A stretch of DNA of 34,819 bases, taken from contig CBDTVS010000001.1 in the NCBI GenBank assembly GCA_965364245.1, forward strand, positions 1 to 34,819. Direction: 5' to 3'. The notes under the pieces were generated by a model that was not told the origin of the DNA, did no database searches, and saw only the letters and a list, made by a program, of their open reading frames with translations. The translations under genes and the position numbers were made by a program. The stretch's first letter is position 1, and the number at the start of each line of letters is the position of its first letter. This document shows positions 33,341 to 34,819 of this stretch, piece after piece. The stretch is from an uncultured Gammaproteobacteria bacterium. GTDB lineage: Bacteria; Pseudomonadota; Gammaproteobacteria; QNFN01.

Positions 33341-34819
33341 TCAGGCCTGCAGTTGGTTGTCGGGGGGTGCGGCAACCGGTCCGGCATGAACCAGATTGCC
33401 CTCGTTGAGCACCACGACCTGGTCGGCACGCTGGATTAGATCGGTGCGGTGCGTGGCGAGGATCACGGTGCTTTTGCCACGCAACCCGGCGAGGAGTTCG
33501 AGGAACGCTGTCTCGAGCACCGGATCACGATCGGCGAGTGGGTCGTCGAGGAGCAGCAGACCCGGTTCGTCGACCAGCGCCGCCGCCATGTTGACCATGA
33601 AGCGGGCTCGCCGATTAGCCCGGTCGTGGCGCCAGGGTTCGAGCCGCGTGGCCAGTGCCGCCTCGGCGCTGTCGGCGCCGATCAGCTGCCACCAGCCAAA
33701 GCCGCCGACTCGAGCCAATGCGAGCACGATCGCATCGTCGCTGGCGTTCGGGCGGCGCAGGCGGACGAACTCGCAGACAGTCAGCGGCAATCCGTGGTCG
33801 ATCTGTGGCACGTAGCCAAGCCAGGCGCGGTAGTCCGCTGGATCGAACTGGCGGATGTCGCGACCACCGACCAGCACGCGTCCATTCTGGGGCTGGCGCA
33901 CCGAAGCGAGCAGTTCGAGCAGCGTGCTCTTGCCCGCGCCATTGGGCCCGATGACGGCCACGGTCTGACCGCACTCGATCTCAAAGCTGACCCCGTTGAC
34001 CGCCGGCTCACGCTCGGCGCTGTGACGGTAGAACAGGCGGTCAGCGGTCAGCTTGGCCTGCAGAGCTTCGACCGGAGAGGTGGCAAGCGGATTCTGGTGC
34101 TCGCCCTGGGTCGCCATCAATCGCTCGAACTGGCGGCGTGAGGCGACGACCTGACGCGTGCGTGCGTGCGCTGCGAACAGTTGTTGGGCTGGCGTGGTGA
34201 CGCGCCAGATAAGCATCATCGTTGCGATCAGCCCGCCGGTAGTCATGCCACCCTCGAGTACCAATGCGATGCCCACCGCCATGGTGCAGAGCACCGTGAG
34301 CATTGCCAGTGACTGGCCGAGCGTCTGCACGAGGCCATTAGCCAGCGCATGATCCCGGTTGGCCTTGGCTGACTGCACGACAAGGTTGGCGAGGTGCTGG
34401 CGGAGCAGTGCCGAACCGCGCACGCCGCGCAGGCTGCGCAGGCGCAGCGTCAGTGCGGAGGTTGTGTCATTGAGCTCGCGTGAGACCCGTCCTGCCTTGG
34501 CCGAGCGCGTCTCGACGAGCCGTGAGGTCGGCAGCGACACGACGTAGAAGAGCAGCAAAGCGGTCAGTGGCACCACGGCGATCCAACCGCCGAGCAGCGC
34601 GATGACCAGCAGGAAAATCAGCACGAAGGGGTAATCGAGATTGACGATCCCGGCCGACCCACCGAACAGCTGGCGCACACCCTCAGCGCCGCGCAGCCGG
34701 CTGAGATTGGCGTCGACTCCACTGCGCAGGGTGCTCTCAAGCGGCAGCCGAAGTGTCTTGATGATGGCGTTGCGCGTGATGTGTGAGCCGGCCCAAGCTG
34801 ACAGATCGGCCAGCGCGCG
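33341..34819 (-). CDS. Type I secretion ABC transporter permease/ATPase (partial; the N-terminus lies beyond the window) with a non-canonical nucleotide-binding domain
   Basis: The track ORF starts at the GTG at 34678. My translation shows the frame stays open to the window edge (RALADLSAWAGSHITRNAIIKTLRLPLESTLRSGVDANLSRLRGAEGV-RQLFGG...). The TM-domain half is followed by an NBD with Walker A GPNGAGKST, Q-loop GYVPQ, Walker B LLLLDD and H-loop ATHR. No LSGGQ signature is present. Confidence 0.9.
   Translation of the reverse strand, partial: RALADLSAWAGSHITRNAIIKTLRLPLESTLRSGVDANLSRLRGAEGVRQLFGGSAGIVNLDYPFVLIFLLVIALLGGWIAVVPLTALLLFYVVSLPTSRLVETRSAKAGRVSRELNDTTSALTLRLRSLRGVRGSALLRQHLANLVVQSAKANRDHALANGLVQTLGQSLAMLTVLCTMAVGIALVLEGGMTTGGLIATMMLIWRVTTPAQQLFAAHARTRQVVASRRQFERLMATQGEHQNPLATSPVEALQAKLTADRLFYRHSAEREPAVNGVSFEIECGQTVAVIGPNGAGKSTLLELLASVRQPQNGRVLVGGRDIRQFDPADYRAWLGYVPQIDHGLPLTVCEFVRLRRPNASDDAIVLALARVGGFGWWQLIGADSAEAALATRLEPWRHDRANRRARFMVNMAAALVDEPGLLLLDDPLADRDPVLETAFLELLAGLRGKSTVILATHRTDLIQRADQVVVLNEGNLVHAGPVAAPPDNQLQA

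Overview
High-GC bacterial chromosome segment (about 68% GC in hand-counted 60-nt samples), proteobacterial in look. Everything here comes from reading the sequence and ORF track; no database search was run.

The window has three parts.

(1) 1-8.2 kb, ordinary core genes. These are a partial KefB/C-like CPA2 antiporter, a YjgR/DUF853 HerA-like ATPase, an unusual HD(SpoT-type)-CBS-HEPN-like fusion protein 12 nt downstream of it, and a YbaY+META protein. A tightly coupled minus-strand operon follows: NicX-like ring-cleavage enzyme, alpha/beta hydrolase, acyl-CoA-dehydrogenase-fold protein.

(2) 8.2-17.8 kb, a lower-GC accessory stretch (about 45-60% in samples). It carries a three-gene minus-strand cluster of a 373-aa modular type IV pilin-like protein, a small bitopic protein, and a GspE/PilB ATPase with a C-terminal receiver domain. 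It also carries an orphan diverged copy of the giant adhesin's C-terminal 133 codons, a secreted alkyl-sulfatase-like MBL enzyme, and a Cache-HAMP-PAS class III adenylate cyclase.

(3) 17.4-34.8 kb, a type I secretion locus on the minus strand: ABC transporter (partial), HlyD adaptor, then an intact 14,466-nt gene for a 4,821-aa repeat adhesin.

Points most worth a second look:
- The adhesin's acidic non-RTX C-terminal tail is duplicated as an orphan 5 kb downstream, with a GC step at the tail boundary.
- A perfect 1,194-bp in-frame direct repeat lies inside the adhesin gene.
- The T1SS ABC ATPase has a degenerate signature motif and Walker-B Asp-Asp.
- The pilin / small protein / GspE-REC cluster has no platform protein in view.
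- The HerA-like ATPase is paired with the HD-CBS-HEPN-like protein.

No rRNA, tRNA, CRISPR array, transposase or integrase was seen.
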